This document shows positions 11,902 through 25,311 of a DNA stretch of 64,000 nucleotides, one piece after another. Position numbers and translations under genes: made by a program. The first letter of the stretch is position 1. Each line of letters opens with the position of its first letter. The DNA is from Callorhinchus milii (lineage: Eukaryota), in NCBI RefSeq assembly GCF_018977255.1, contig NW_024704742.1, forward strand, positions 23,872,001 through 23,936,000, read 5' to 3'. The notes beneath the pieces are model-generated. The model was not told the origin of the DNA and searched no databases. It saw nothing but the letters and a program-made list of their open reading frames with translations.

Positions 11902-12974
11902 CTGAAAAGATTGTGTAAATAAGATAAATGCACTAAAATAGTACATTGTAAATAAAAAAACTGCTTAAAGGTTTGGATTGTGTGCAATTATGAAGAAATA
12001 CTGGGAGCAAAATGTGTAAAATGGGAAGTTCTGTAATCTAATAATCATTCATAGAACAGTCAAAGCATATCCTATCAAAAGTACTTAAGATTACAAAAAG
12101 CTTTGGTGAGGACAAAAATAAACTAAAAGCACATGAAAGCAGTTGTACTAGTGGCAGTAAGCACATTACTACATCTTGGCAGGAGGGGAAGAAAGTGACT
12201 GCACAAAATCAAAATTCTACACTTATCTAATGGAATCTGAGAGTGACAAAATACATTCTTACCAGTAAGGTAAAACCTATCAGATTCCATAAAAATATTT
12301 ATATACACACACAAAAAAAACTTTCTGAAAAAGGGAAGTCTGGAACACTCAAAATGTCTCCCAGTTGCTGTATGAATATAATGGTTATATAAAATATATG
12401 GGACTCTAATTGAAATAAATCATTTGCGGTCTCATTGAAATTTGCCGTCTGTAAAGTTTGTTGATATTTGAATTCAGGTTCCATATATTTTCTGGGAGGA
12501 AAAAGAGAATGAATTTGAATTAAACTGACTCCTCCTTGACTTCCTTTTTCCTTTAAGTAGCACGTACAAACATTTATGCACCAATTGTTCTCATGACCTT
12601 GCTGATGTAGTTGCTTGAAAGAACATTGTTTCAGACCTTTACAAACTGCTGTTGATTAGCAAAAAACCCAATGACATCTCTTGCCACACACCATCATATT
12701 AATTTGATTATATTACCCTCATCATTGGCAATTCAGCTCTCTATGGGAATGAAATGCAGTTCATTCATTTTTACTGCTGTTTTTCAAGGACTAATCACAA
12801 ATGCACAGTGATAGCCAAGCATACAAAGAAAAACAAATTCAAAGGTATATTCCAGAGAAGATGCAGGAAGGGAAAGGAGGGTCACCTATGTAGACATAAG
12901 CCAGTAATTGAGTAGATTAAGTTTTCAACTGCCTTTGATTTAAAAACAATCGCTACATTGTCGGGTGGGGTGAA

Positions 12975-13290
12975 ATTTTAGGCAAGTTTCCTTACTCCAC
13001 ACGCCTCTGTTTACCTAGCAGTAAATAAGAACCCAGTTGTTAATTGATAGGCAAATCGCTTTTCTGGGAGTAATGATCCCTTCCAAAAAATAAAATAAAT
13101 AAAAATAACAAATTGGTCACTCAATCTAAAAATGTTTATGGGAAACTGCTGTATGCAATTGGCTTCCGTGCTTCGTTCACAGGATATGCAGTCAATTCGT
13201 TTCACAGTATGTTCTGTGAAGAGCTTTGAGACGTCTTGAAGATGTGATAAGGGGCTGTATCAAATGCGAAGATTATTTATGATTATTAAT
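12975..13290 (+). mobile_element. SINE, long (CORE-like-containing) variant, head lost
   Basis: ggcaagtttccttactccacacgcctctgtttacctagcagtaaat..., then the shared Deu-like/L2-tail 3' half. Confidence 0.75.
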
Positions 13291-14955
13291 TTTCCTCTCG
13301 CTACCTGGATTGCTAGAATATGAAGCTAGGCATTTTCCCAATTTCCTCCCACTTCAATGTTGCATCTGAGTCTTGTATCAAAAACCCATCTTTATGTGCT
13401 TGCTACAATTTCAATTTTATCTCTGTTAAGGTGCATGAAAACTCAGCAGTTAAAACACCAACACGTCGCCTTGCATTATGTGTGAGCATTACAACATTCT
13501 GACAATTAGGGCAGGAAAGAAGTCCATGGTCAAGTTACAGGAAATAGACATAAGAATAACGAGACATTGTCTAATATGAACAAGAGTCATATGGACCAGA
13601 AAAGTCCCAGGTTTTTATTCCTTCCTTGCTGAATTTGCTGACCTCAACCAGGATAGCAGATAGGTGTGCCGCAATTGTTGTCCATGGCCTTGAGATATGG
13701 GGAGGGAGCAGGAGAGGGAAATAAAGCATTCCCATTCCAATTCACTACCGAATGGTTCCAGGCACAGGTGTTGGACAAGGGCAAGATCAAGTTCAGCCAT
13801 GATAACCCCATAGTTAAACAGCCCACCACTTGCTGTTTAATCGCAACATGAAGAATGGCTACTTAGCATTGGATACAATACAAGATTAGCACCTTTCATG
13901 TCGGGAGGACGTCCCAAGGCACTGCAGGCACCTGCTGGATTGATTCCCAGCATGAGTTGTTGACAAAAGGTAATTATGGGGGTGGGGGAAGAGCAGAATA
14001 AACCTAAAAAGGTTCCAATTTGTACATCAGGCAAATTGAAAGACATTGATCAAAAATGTATACACATGGTGGTTAGTTAGGTAATTTGTAAAAAGCATAT
14101 GGAGCTCAGTGTATGACTCATTCTCACAGGACTAAGCTGGTCTGTTCTTCAGTGTGATTTAACTTTTCTGACATAAGCGCCATCTGTTGGTACCCTTTCT
14201 CCTCTAGCCAAAGCAACGTAGCTGAAAATATGTTAAGTGTTTCATTTTTCTTTCACTGTATTTTCAAAGTTCATTTTGGGAATTGCTCACTGTAGAATGA
14301 GGCTTATACATTCATGTTTTTTTTCTTAAAACAGAGGGCTAAAATAAGGTTGAGATGTGCTTTTTGTGCTTTGGCAAAGTTACACTGTAATAGTCTAGAA
14401 AAAAGGCTTTTCCTGCTCTCCGATGACCTAGTAGATAAAATATGCTGACACATGTGGAATCCATCAGCCTGTATTAAGAGTATCAAACCAGAGTGACAGT
14501 CCCCATATGCAGTAGTAAGCCATACCAATGAGAATGTTAAAAGTATTGAATGTTGGTTTGTGTTGTTCATTCAACTGAATTGAAAGAATAATTGAAGGAA
14601 CTGGCGGGGGTGGGGGGCCGGTGTAGATCTGCTCTGACCCACTTGCTGACTTGCTACACACTGTATGTGCTTTGACATTTGGATCAGGCAACAGTGTGAT
14701 AAATGCTGAGATCAAACAACCTGCTAGTACTCACTGATAGGGTTCACGCATGAGTAATGACCACTTGGTCAAGGTATGAGAGTGCCCATGGAGCTGCCCA
14801 GTAGACAGTAAAGGGAGCTAAATGCTTTCAGGAGAAGAGGTTAAGGAGGGAAGAAAACAAGAAAAAATTGGCTAGAAAAAAATACTACCAACAAGGTTAA
14901 ATGAAATGCAGGTCTCCAGTTCAAGTCACTAAAAGAGCAATTAATAGCAGCTAAC

Positions 14956-15089
14956 CTTTGTCGTACTGTAAGGTTATTCTGTTTCAAAAATCCCAGGAAC
15001 TCATTAATTATCCAACTGATCACCTTCCTGGGATTGGCCAGAGTGTTTTCCGCAACAGTTTCAAAGAATTCCATCAATCCATCTTCACT
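14956..15089 (-). CDS. GATB: GATB exon 10
   Basis: SEDGLMEFFETVAENTLANPRKVISWIINEFLGFLKQNNLTVRQ; gcag acceptor, gttagc donor. Confidence 0.95.
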
Positions 15090-16136
15090 CTGCAACAGAA
15101 ATGTGACAATTAGAACATTGTTGAAATGCGTCATTTCAAGTTTCTTAGCCAATGTTTTCGTCATATTCCTCTTCTGCACAGGGAATGGCAGGAGGCTATG
15201 ATAATCACAGCCAAGGTTGAACCTGATACAGTCCACTTCTGACATTCATATTCATGTAGAGTTCATTAAATGGAAAGCCAAGTGCAGAAAACATAGCTAA
15301 TCCTCGTCCATTACAGCCGATTCACTTATAACAAGACAACACTGATAATAGCAATTTGCTTCATTATCATCAGGTATTCAATCAAGTGTTAATGTCAAGA
15401 TATTGGCTGAGGTCAACTGTAATGCCAAATAAGCCTCCAGCAGAGGTCAGCTAACCCAACACAGACCAGAGACTGAACCTGACACCATGCACCGTATCCC
15501 ATCATACAGTGCATTAATCACTGGGTCATAAGGGAGCTGCTCATTTAGAATAGCTGATATACACCATAAATCTGAAATTAAATACAATTGCAATTTGTAA
15601 CTTATAACGACTCCATGAAGTCCAACATCATTCTTCTTCACTTCCCACTTTCTCCTAAAGGGGTCTTTGACTCCTTGTTGCATAATGTAGCAAATACAGT
15701 TACACAGTGCTAGTCGCCAACTGATTTTTGATCAACTGATAATATTAGCGCCTTGGGATGTCCTCCCGACGTGATAGGCGCTATGCAAATGTAATCTTGT
15801 TGTTGTTGTATTATAGCAAATGCTCACTCCCTATTGGTTTCTGAGTCAAATTTAGAATGGTAATTGAGCTTCATTTCAAAATTAAATCAAACTGTGTCCT
15901 TTTTCGTCCCAGTGACCGGGTACCAATGAATTTGAAAAGATAGCAGCTTTAATTCTATAGAAACAGGAGAAAGTCAGAGGATTTATCCATCAATTTACCA
16001 TTCAAAATTGGAAGTTAGTAAGATAACTGTGACTAAACTTCATGGTACAAATGTCTGTGCAAATATACAGTAGTTTTAAAGTGTTTCTGCAGTAAACCCA
16101 CATTGTGACTCTACCTCTTCTAATCCAATTACTCAC

Positions 16137-16326
16137 CATTAATGTGATGCTGTGTTCAGTGAGGATATTATACTTTTCCACCAGTCTTGTTCGCTTAACA
16201 CTCGGTAACTCGGGCATTTGTTCACGGATCTGGTCAATATTCACTACTTGCTGATGATTCACATTAGAGGGGAGTGTTTTGTTGTCATAAATTATCAATG
16301 GAGGCAAATTCGGCTCTGGCATGAAC
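16137..16326 (-). CDS. GATB: GATB exon 9
   Basis: [14 protein letters not shown]...[27 protein letters not shown]; cttag acceptor, gtgagt donor. Confidence 0.96.
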
Positions 16327-16979
16327 CTAAGGAACATTTAAACCATATAGGCAGTTTAAACACTCCACATTAATTAATTTGCTTAATGAAAACCTCTCCT
16401 TTTACTTCCCTAATCACAATCGTAAACTAAACCCCTTCACTACTAATCTTTTACCAATGCGTAGGGACCTCCTACCGACATGAAAGGCACTATTTAAATG
16501 TAATTTGTTGTTGCTGTTTTACAGTGAATTCTTTGAAACCCTTTCATTATTTCACACCTCTATCATTTCAACCTTTTCTGTCCCAAAGGAGAGTCCTAAC
16601 CTCTGTAGCCTCTCCTCACAGTTATATCCTTTCATTTCCAGCATCATCCTCACAAAACTATTCTGCACTCACTCTACAGCTGTAATATTATGTCTATTAT
16701 ATGGTACATAAAACCAGAAGCTTGTAAGGGGGGAGAAAGGAGAGGGTGACCATTGGGCTGAATACAAGACTGTACAAAAAGAAGACCAGGGAACAAAAAA
16801 CAGATTAGAGAAGCCAAGGGACATAGAGCAAATGCAAAACATAACCCCCCTGCCGCCCACCACACCCCCCCGCAATTCCTTTAATATTACAACAGTAGTA
16901 GGGAAGACGTTAAAACCCTTAGGGATTCTAATGCAGTTGTAAAAGAGAATAAACAAGATACAGCAAACATATTAAATGG

Positions 16980-17410
16980 CTACATCCTGGAGGTTTTTAA
17001 CCGGGGAGGACACTAAGAACAAGCCACCCAAATGCAGGCAAACATTGTTTGAGCTCCACGACTTCAATATAAAGGAGGCTGAGATTCTACATAGGCTCAA
17101 GGGGTCGAAAACTAACAAATCCCCGGGACAGATGAACTGTACTCCAGGCATTTAGGGAGACAAGGCAGGAGATTTATGCAACACTGACAGACACCACAAG
17201 GGAGTCAGTCAGGACTGGGGAGGTTCCAATAGACTGCAAGTAAGCAGATGTTGTTTCCATATTCAAGAAGGGTGACAAACTAAACTTGGCAACTTCAGAC
17301 CCATTAGCTCAATACTCTGAGCTCAATAATTGGAAAAGTTATAGTCAATCATCAGAAAGGAAGTGGAAGATTATCTATATAAAATAATCTAATATTTGAC
17401 CACCAATAGG
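16980..17410 (+). mobile_element. CR1-clade LINE ORF2 fragment (N-terminal RT region)
   Basis: Degenerate KSPG.D, ADVVSIFKKGDK and GNFRPISS motifs. Confidence 0.75.
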
Positions 17411-18771
17411 GTGTTGCTAATTGCTGTACTTTCAAACCATAATGACTTACTTTATCCTTTGATTTATTTTGTTCCATTTAGGATTCATTTCCTCTGACTA
17501 AAGGTCAATAAACACAAATCACCCAGTTAAAAGGCTACATTTTAATGAGCACTTTATATTAAAAAGTATAGTCTTATCTACCAACTAGTAACCTTTACTA
17601 AATCTTTTCAACATTAGCGCAGTCAGAAGTAGAATTGGAGGTCATCCACAGCCCAGGTATTTCACCTTAGATGTGTGTAGCTATAGAAGAAGCAGTAAAT
17701 AAATAAAGCGACTAAAGCAATGGAGAGAGAAAAAAAATCATTCGTTGTTTGGAATTGATATTGCTGCTTACAGGAAGAAATATAAAATTGATTCAGAAGG
17801 GAAGAGAATTTAAGTACATTGCTCTCTTTAATAAACTACGACCTACTAAATCATAAACATCAGCAATTGTTCCTTTTTCATTTATATGAAATATTCATTG
17901 AAGTAAATGCCTAATCTAACAGGCTCTTATTTAAATACTCTTATTAAAGCAATACTCAAATTCTGAACTTACCCTGTAAATGTTGCTGCTGAAATGATAT
18001 TACTACTCTTTTTTCAAATTAGCTAAACATGGTGATGGTGTGAGGGGTGGTTGGTGGTAAGCAAGGTCGCCTTGAAGCTGGGCTGGCCTCCAGATGATGT
18101 GTTTGGCAATCAATAGTGGAATTGCTTGGCAATGAGATGTTGGAATCTCTGGCAGTCTCGATCGTCTAGTTCCCAATCAGGTCTGCAGGACTCCAGGGCA
18201 CTGTTGATGAAGGTCCAGCCAGTCTGGCCCATTAGCAGCACTTGGAGGGGCAGGAATGCTTCCCACTCAGCTCATGTTAACCTTGCAAGCCAAAGCCCTA
18301 ACTGGCGAAGTGGTTCCAGCTGGACAAGCAGTGGAAAGTTTGCCAGGCAATTCTCTCAAAGACAAGTTTTTAACTGGTTAACTCCAACAGTCCCCAAATC
18401 TCGGCTCTCACCAACCTGACCTCTAGAATTAGATAAGCAGGGTGCATCTCTCCAGGGAGAGTGCACATTTTATTCCAGATGTTGGGGAAATTCCCATGTG
18501 TGGATGGCATACAAATGTGGAACTCAGTCTGGTTTGGATATTCTTAAGCATTGTGATGGGTTTCCACACACATGCATCATGACACCCATTGAGAACAGGG
18601 GAAGCAGCATATATTTGGTAATAAAAATCAGCATTTTAAACTTTTCAACACAATATTCTATTACCCATCAGAACTTAAAAGGTTCTTTTTGCATAATTGA
18701 GGTTAATGACTTATAGTAAAAAAAGAAAAATATGCAGAGCTCAACATTCGCTGTGACAAATAACAAATTAC

Positions 18772-18816
18772 CTGTAGTCTTGCTTTCCCTCTTTATCTCT
18801 CATCGGTATGGTCCGT
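18772..18816 (-). CDS. GATB: GATB exon 8
   Basis: RTIPMRDKEGKQDYR; ttttcag acceptor, gtaatt donor; 45 nt. Confidence 0.94.
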
Positions 18817-20212
18817 CTGAAAATATTTTTAAAAATGTACTGATTTGTCTGGGGCAAAAGTACATATTCTTTCCTATAGCTATCATAGTGTTCATGTTGG
18901 AATGCTCAGTATAATCTGCACAAAATTCTCTCAAATGGCATTAAAATCCCTAAAGGAAAGGTTTAATTGCAAGTTCTGTTTGTTTACTCATTCCCTTAAC
19001 ATTTCCTATTACATATTAAATTGTATTCTGTATTAGTATGATGAGACAAAAGACCTTTTCTGTTTACTTTTAGTTATAATTTTATGATTAATACTAATGC
19101 TGCATCTCTCCTGCTGGTTGCACAGCAATATCAACAGTACAGTAATGTGAAGCTGGAAGCCTGATTCATATGTCCTGCTCCTAAATGCGTCAAATCAACC
19201 GGTTAAAAACCAACTGATTTTGAACAATAGTTTTTTTTTAAAGTTAGAGTGGATGTAAGTAGAGATCTTTAATAATAATAGTTTCTGAAATACTCTTGGA
19301 CCGTTCAATACATCGCCCGAGAGCCTCAACAGACCATAAAACAGTGAGCACAATTCAAATGACACCCATGGCATATCACACTGCTCTTAAAATCACCCCT
19401 GTACACAGTGGTAGATGCTGTGAGATTGAGTCTTGCAGAAGCAAATAGTCATCAAAATCAGAGCGATACTTTGCACTGCTTAACAGTCATAAATCAGTCA
19501 TAAGTCTTCCTTTTAAAAAGAACAAGCAGATTATTTCCTTCCCCCATAGAAAACGAGCAGTGTAGTGTATTAACAAACCACAAAGACCAGGAAGGTTCCA
19601 TGTTCCCGTCCTTGTCCATGTACAGTTGATTGATGTTAGACTGGGCACCAATAGGGATTCTAAACCCCAGGCTAAGGAGGGCAAAAACACTATTCAGAGA
19701 TTTCATGAAAATGCGTGTATCTAGGTCAGATGAAGAAATGGTTATATTGCACTGTATCCATAGGATTCATTGGGATACAATATTGCACAGGCTCTCTCTA
19801 CTTACCTTGACCAGGAGGTCATGTTTCAAGTGTCACCCAGACAGCAAGTATCAGTGGGCTACTTGATCAGAGGCATCACAACTGAGCCTTCATCTGACAC
19901 CTGTGCACCTTCTCTCAGGGTTACTTGTTAGCAATGAGTATGAAAAATTGGATGATTTTAATTATCTTCAATTGTCACAATGCTACTGGTGCCATGCTAA
20001 CTTGGCACAGAAAGGAAATTTAAACTGTAACCTTACACAAAGGTTTTGTGATACAATGTTATTAATTTAATTTTCTGTGCTCCAAAAGCATGTGTATTTC
20101 ACAAATCACACAACAGGAAAATTAAAAGTGGGATATTAAGAAAAAAAGCTTTTCAAATTTAGGGAAAAGATAAGAGGCTGAGTACAAGATTATATAGTTT
20201 GTAATATTATTG

Positions 20213-20520
20213 CCTCAGAGTCAAAAAGTGAGTTCAAGATGAATGTTGGTATGTGTGCTCACAGTCTTGACCGACATGCACATTCTAAGTACCATCATTT
20301 GGATGAGACGTTAAACTCAGTATACAAAACCTCTGCGTAAGCCTGTTCAGGTAAACATAAAAGATCCCTCGACACTACTTGGAAAAAGAAGTTTCTTCCA
20401 GTGCCCTAGCCAGCATTCACCTCTTGCTGTTTGTGGGTATTTGAAGTGCACAAATTGGTTGTATTTGCTACAAATACAATCACTACACTTGACAGTCATA
20501 ACTGTGAAGGGCTTTGAGCT
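20213..20520 (+). mobile_element. Old DeuSINE-like element
   Basis: gatgagacgttaaac...gcctgttcaggt...aaagatccc...ctgtttgtggg...caaattgg resembles the recalled Deu-domain consensus. Confidence 0.7.
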
Positions 20521-20642
20521 GTGTTGACTTTGAGAGTTCCTTCCTTAGTTATCAAGAGTAAGATATATATATACACACACACACACACACTTATATATAG
20601 TATCGCCTCCACTTGAGATCAGTCAACTCACCAGGCGATATA

Positions 20643-20968
20643 GTGGAGTCCTGTAGCTCAGTGGTTAGAGCACTCGCTTTGCAAGCGAGAGACCTGAGTT
20701 CAATTCCAGGCAGAGGGCGAAACCTTGGGCAAGTTTCCTTACTCCACACAGAGCCTAATAATAATCCCTCCAAAAACCAAAAACAATAATTAAATTGGTC
20801 ATCTTCAATCTACGACAGTTTGTGGGACATTGCTGTGCGCAATTGGCTGCCGCGTTCGCCCACAAATATACAGTCAATTCACTTTACAGTATATTCTGTG
20901 AAGTGCTTTGGGACGTCCTCCTGACGTGAAAAGCGCTATATCAAATGCAAGGATTATTATTGTTATTA
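20643..20968 (+). mobile_element. Young tRNA-Ala(TGC)-derived SINE, full length
   Basis: A box TAGCTCAGTGG, anticodon arm CTCGC-TTTGCAA-GCGAG, B box GTTCAATTCC, Deu-like body, L2-like tail and (ATT)n. Near-identical copies occur elsewhere in the window. Confidence 0.93.
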
Positions 20969-20994
20969 TAGCTCAGTATTGGGGTCATTTATTG

Positions 20995-21430
20995 ATAATA
21001 ATTCTTGCATCTGATATAGCACATTATCACTTTGTCAAAGATGTGTCAGAGCGCTTCATGGGAATTATTGTACAGTATAGTAACTATAGTAATTTGTAGG
21101 CAAATACAGCAATGTCCCACAAACAGCCATGAAGCAAATGACCAATTTTATCTGGGGCATTGTTAGCCAGGACACCGGGAGAAATTCTTCTCTTTTCAAA
21201 TAATGCCATGAGATCTTTAACATACATTTTTAACAGACAGACAGACGGGACTTCTCTCTGTCTGACAGACAAGATTTCTCTCTGTCTGACTTTTTTGTCT
21301 GACAGACAACCCCTCTAATAATGCAATACTTCAGTTGCTGCATTGGAGTGTCAGTGAGACTATGAGCTTAAAATCTGGATATGGAGCTTGAGCCTACAAC
21401 CTCTGACTCAGAGGCGAGACCAGTGAGACT
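20995..21430 (-). mobile_element. Old DeuSINE-like element
   Basis: Reverse complement carries the tRNA-like head (ctcgcctctgagtcagaggttgtaggctcaag), a Deu-like domain and a tail. Confidence 0.75.
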
Positions 21431-21500
21431 GAGGGTGGGGCCACTGCAGTTTAATAATTATTCTCTCCTCTCCCCAAAAGGGCAAAAAAAAAATTCTTAC

Positions 21501-21585
21501 CCCGATTTATAATCAAATGCTCTCGTCTCGTTTAATATTATTTCTCCATTCTCCAGCACTTCAATTTGCCTCTGAATTTCATAAT
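21501..21585 (-). CDS. GATB: GATB exon 7
   Basis: [29 protein letters not shown]; acag acceptor, gtaaga donor. Confidence 0.95.
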
Positions 21586-21815
21586 CTGTTACAAAATAAA
21601 ATAAACTAGCATTATTATTACAATCAAGATAAAAATTAATTCACTGCAAAACTAAATGTTTTTACTGCTTTTTTTAAAAAAATGATACAAATCGAACAAT
21701 CATTTGGGGTGGTTTTGGAGAAATAGAATGAAATAAAAAACACTTATAAAAAGAGCTGCACAGTGTACTGCAGCTAAAATCTGGATTAAGGGCAGATAAA
21801 GGACACATCACAGAC

Positions 21816-21929
21816 CGATTGCTCTTGCCAAGAATCGAGCACTGTTGATATTCTTCACTTCAGCTCTCACACCATAAGGCTCCCCAGGTTGATGTACAGA
21901 AATGTTGGCATCCACTCTCAACTGTCCCT
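21816..21929 (-). CDS. GATB: GATB exon 6
   Basis: [38 protein letters not shown]; gcag acceptor, weak gtctgt donor. Confidence 0.95.
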
Positions 21930-23343
21930 CTGCACAAATGAAAACATGACATGATTACAAGCAGCTCCAACAGTAATGGAATTGTCACAATCTGCTTATC
22001 ATTAGTGGATGAAAATGGTGCAAATAATATAGATATAGATATCTATATGTAAACAAAACTGCCAGACAAAACTAATCAAGCACGACTCTGTCATACTGGA
22101 TAACTTAAATCTGCCTCCTGACAGCAGTAGATGAAAAATATTAACAAGATATGATGCATATGGTGTATGCTGCATTAAACTATGTATAATAATCCTTGAT
22201 TTAATATAGCGCCTAATCACGTCAAAGTGTCCCAAACATCACCATACGTCACTGTATTTATAGGCAAAATGCCCACATTGTCTCAAAATCGCGATGAAGT
22301 GAATACTTTTTTTATTAAAAAAATGGCACTGTAGTTTAGGACCTAGGGGGAAATTTCCCTTCTCTTTTTGAATAGTGTCATGGAACCTTACTTTAAAGTC
22401 ACATCTGACAATATAGGGCTCTGCCAGTATTGCTTTGAGCTCAAAGTATCATAAGCATCACATACTGCCCTTTTCAAAATAATAAAATTAGAATTATTGA
22501 CTATATAATGAAGAATAAACCTAAGAAAAAACTAAGATAAACTAAGAAAAAATTAGTTTTACTTCCTAGAAAAATTCAGAGAAATTGCGAGTGCCTCAAG
22601 GTTTGACTCTTTAAAAGCAAAATTAAATATTTAGTGTTCTTTTAACTGTCTCTACTACACATTTGTAAATAGTTCTCTGCATTATATTCAACTTATTAAA
22701 CCAGATAATTTTATTCTCAAAGCTATGAAAATTACTGTACATAAATCCCTCCACATCCTAGTACCTCTCTATCTCTGATCTTGTCCCATCCCACCCCTCA
22801 TCCCTCTCCACTTTTGCTTGGCAAACCTCTTTGTGAAGTGCTGAGCTGTCATCCTATATGAAGTATGCCACATAAATGCAAGTTGTTGGAATATATTCAC
22901 ATGCAGGACTCCCCCAGCACTGTATGGAGTATAGTCATGACGAGGAACTTGAATCTGCAACCTTTTGACTCCAAGGTCAGAGTGCTACCAATTGAGCTGA
23001 CTACTGGTTAACACTTTCTACTCTGTTTGGACGGTCCAGGGTTCATGTCTCTGTGCTAAGTTAGCTGATATCAGCCAGGTAGCAGTTGGAGCACTACACT
23101 TAGTCTCAGGGCAGGAAAGATCAGTTCCCAATTTCTAGAGACAGCCCCAACCCCTTACTGGATGGCCTTGTGTATGTGTGTTTGTATACATATATGTCTC
23201 AAGCAAGAAAATTCAGTCAAGGTTTTCAATGATCAGTCCCTATATGGGACACTGCTTGTAAACCTGTGTTGAAGTCTCACAGGCGGTTCTAAATTTAAAC
23301 TTAATTTTTAACTGTGTTACTATAGGCTCTCAGATCAAAAACA

Positions 23344-23785
23344 CAGTGGAGCACTGTTATAACGCTGTTAATTGGGGTTCAAAAAATCCCAACCAGCACT
23401 ATAACACGGGTGAGATTACTGGTTGGGGTTTCTGCATTCGCTGAGTATACCAGCATCATGAGAAGCCCAAATGGCTTCATGCACAGTCTGCATGAAGTGA
23501 CAAGGTGTAGCTGACATCACTTAATGTGCGCTGTGAACAGAAAGCGATGTAGTAAGCAGCCTGATGATCTAGGTGTATGTATCTCAGGAAAGAGAAGATT
23601 CAGGCTCGACTCTAATGCTTTCTGCAGTTTCCAGTGGATTTCAGGGCTATTGCTGACATTTTGAAGCATCAATGGAGCAAGTACGTGCATTTTGGGCAAA
23701 TAAGCATCAGGGATCATACCTTAATCACGCTATAAACAAATTCACAATAAAAAGGTAACACGTGCTATAAAAGGATTCAGGGCTC
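23344..23785. mobile_element. Possible decayed Tc1/mariner-pogo-type MITE
   Basis: Starts CAGTGGAGCACTGTTATAACGC...TTGGGGTTCAAAAAATCCC with repeated (g)ctataa/ttataac submotifs near both ends. The right TIR is poorly preserved. Confidence 0.4.
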
Positions 23786-23847
23786 CGATGCTACCTCATG
23801 TGAAGGACGCTAGTTGAATACAAACTTGTTGTTCCTGCTGTAATTAC

Positions 23848-23970
23848 CTGCCATATTTCCACGGCATGTTCCAAGCTGCTGTAAGATAAGTTGCAGTTCT
23901 CGAACTGCTGCTGCAGCCTCTTCCCCGCAAGTCATATCCGGCTCCATAACAATCTCGATTAGACCAACCC
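23848..23970 (-). CDS. GATB: GATB exon 5
   Basis: [41 protein letters not shown]; tcag acceptor, gtaatt donor. Confidence 0.96.
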
Positions 23971-24214
23971 CTGACAATCAAACATTATCCATTTAGAAGG
24001 TACCTTGGGGAACAAACATAATACTACTGAGAATCAGGGGGGAAAACGAGTCGGGCTTTCAAATACTTCATCTTACAAAATTAAAGAAAAAGATGCAGAA
24101 TATTCTAATGTAACACTGATAGAAAACAAATCAGATTTGTATCTTAATTACATCTTAATTACCATGCTTCATGTACTGTTTAAAGGTCATGGCCCATTTC
24201 TCCTTTAAACTCAT

Positions 24215-24745
24215 CACCTTGATATTAGCCCGCTCACACAAACCACTGCTAAAATCCGCATTCATGCATTTGTGACTCCCGACCCCTCTTAACATACTCC
24301 TCACTGGTTTCCCTATTTCCAGCATTCACAAACTCCACCACCCACATCCTCACCCACACCAATCTCTGCATGCCCATCACTCCAGTGCTCATAGCCTCTG
24401 TCTACCAAATGGATGAATGATTTCAAGAACCTCAGTGTCACCTATAAATCCCTTCACTCCCTAGAACCTTCCTTTTGTTGTGACCTCCAACCCCACTTCT
24501 GCTAGCCCACACTGCTCGGCAAACCTGGGCCTGTTGCAAGTCTCCCACCCCAGCATGAATGGCCAAGCCCTCAGAAACAACATCACCACCCTTCGGATTT
24601 TCCTCTCTACTCCTCCATCTTGCCCTCCTCTCTATCTGTCGTTAATCCCCACCCGAAAAACTACCTCTCCAACTACCGCTACAGTCACCTCCTACCTTTT
24701 GACACCATCCGTATGAAGCGCTCTAAGTCATTATCCTACGTGAAG
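24215..24745 (+). mobile_element. Degenerate L2 3' fragment
   Basis: catgcatttgtgactccc...cccatcactccagtgctc...tataaatcccttca pattern plus tail, homologous to other L2 copies. Confidence 0.65.
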
Positions 24746-25311
24746 GATAAACTAAGCCAATTGGCAATAGTTCATTAAATAATACGCCAAATATTATGGC
24801 ACAGGGCCATGCATACAAGGAAGGACTCTCGGCTAAAAGCCTCGGTATGGCTGCTGTGAATGTCACATCAACAGGCAGAATGCACAATTTGTACAGCTAT
24901 TCATGGTGATGTGCATAGTTTAAAAAAAACACGGTCAATGCAATTCAAACTACAATAGAAGGCACTTTAACATTCTAATTTACATTGATTTTAAAAGCCA
25001 ATCATCTCTTCAAACGCATGAGCACAGTTTAATTAAAAATATCTCCACTTCACTTTTTAAAAAAAAATCAGGATTTGTTCTTCAATGTGCCTTAAATTAA
25101 AATAGATTAAACAGTGGAGTAAGATAGCAAATTGGCTTGGTAGAGTTGCTGAGCAGTATTCAGGAATATGATTTAACTCATCGATGTTTCAATGAGTGGG
25201 TCATTTGAACTGTTTGTGTTCTGCTCTCTCACACTGCCGTGCTAAGCTAATTCCTCTAAGCAGAACCTTGTGATAAAATCATTGACAATTGGTTTCCAAA
25301 TTAAAGTAAAA

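Noticed and set aside
20643..20720. tRNA-Ala(TGC)-like cloverleaf (also near 32892, 45212, 46793, 57717)
   Set aside because: No proper acceptor stem, and it is always fused to the same SINE body and tail. These are SINE heads, not tRNA genes.
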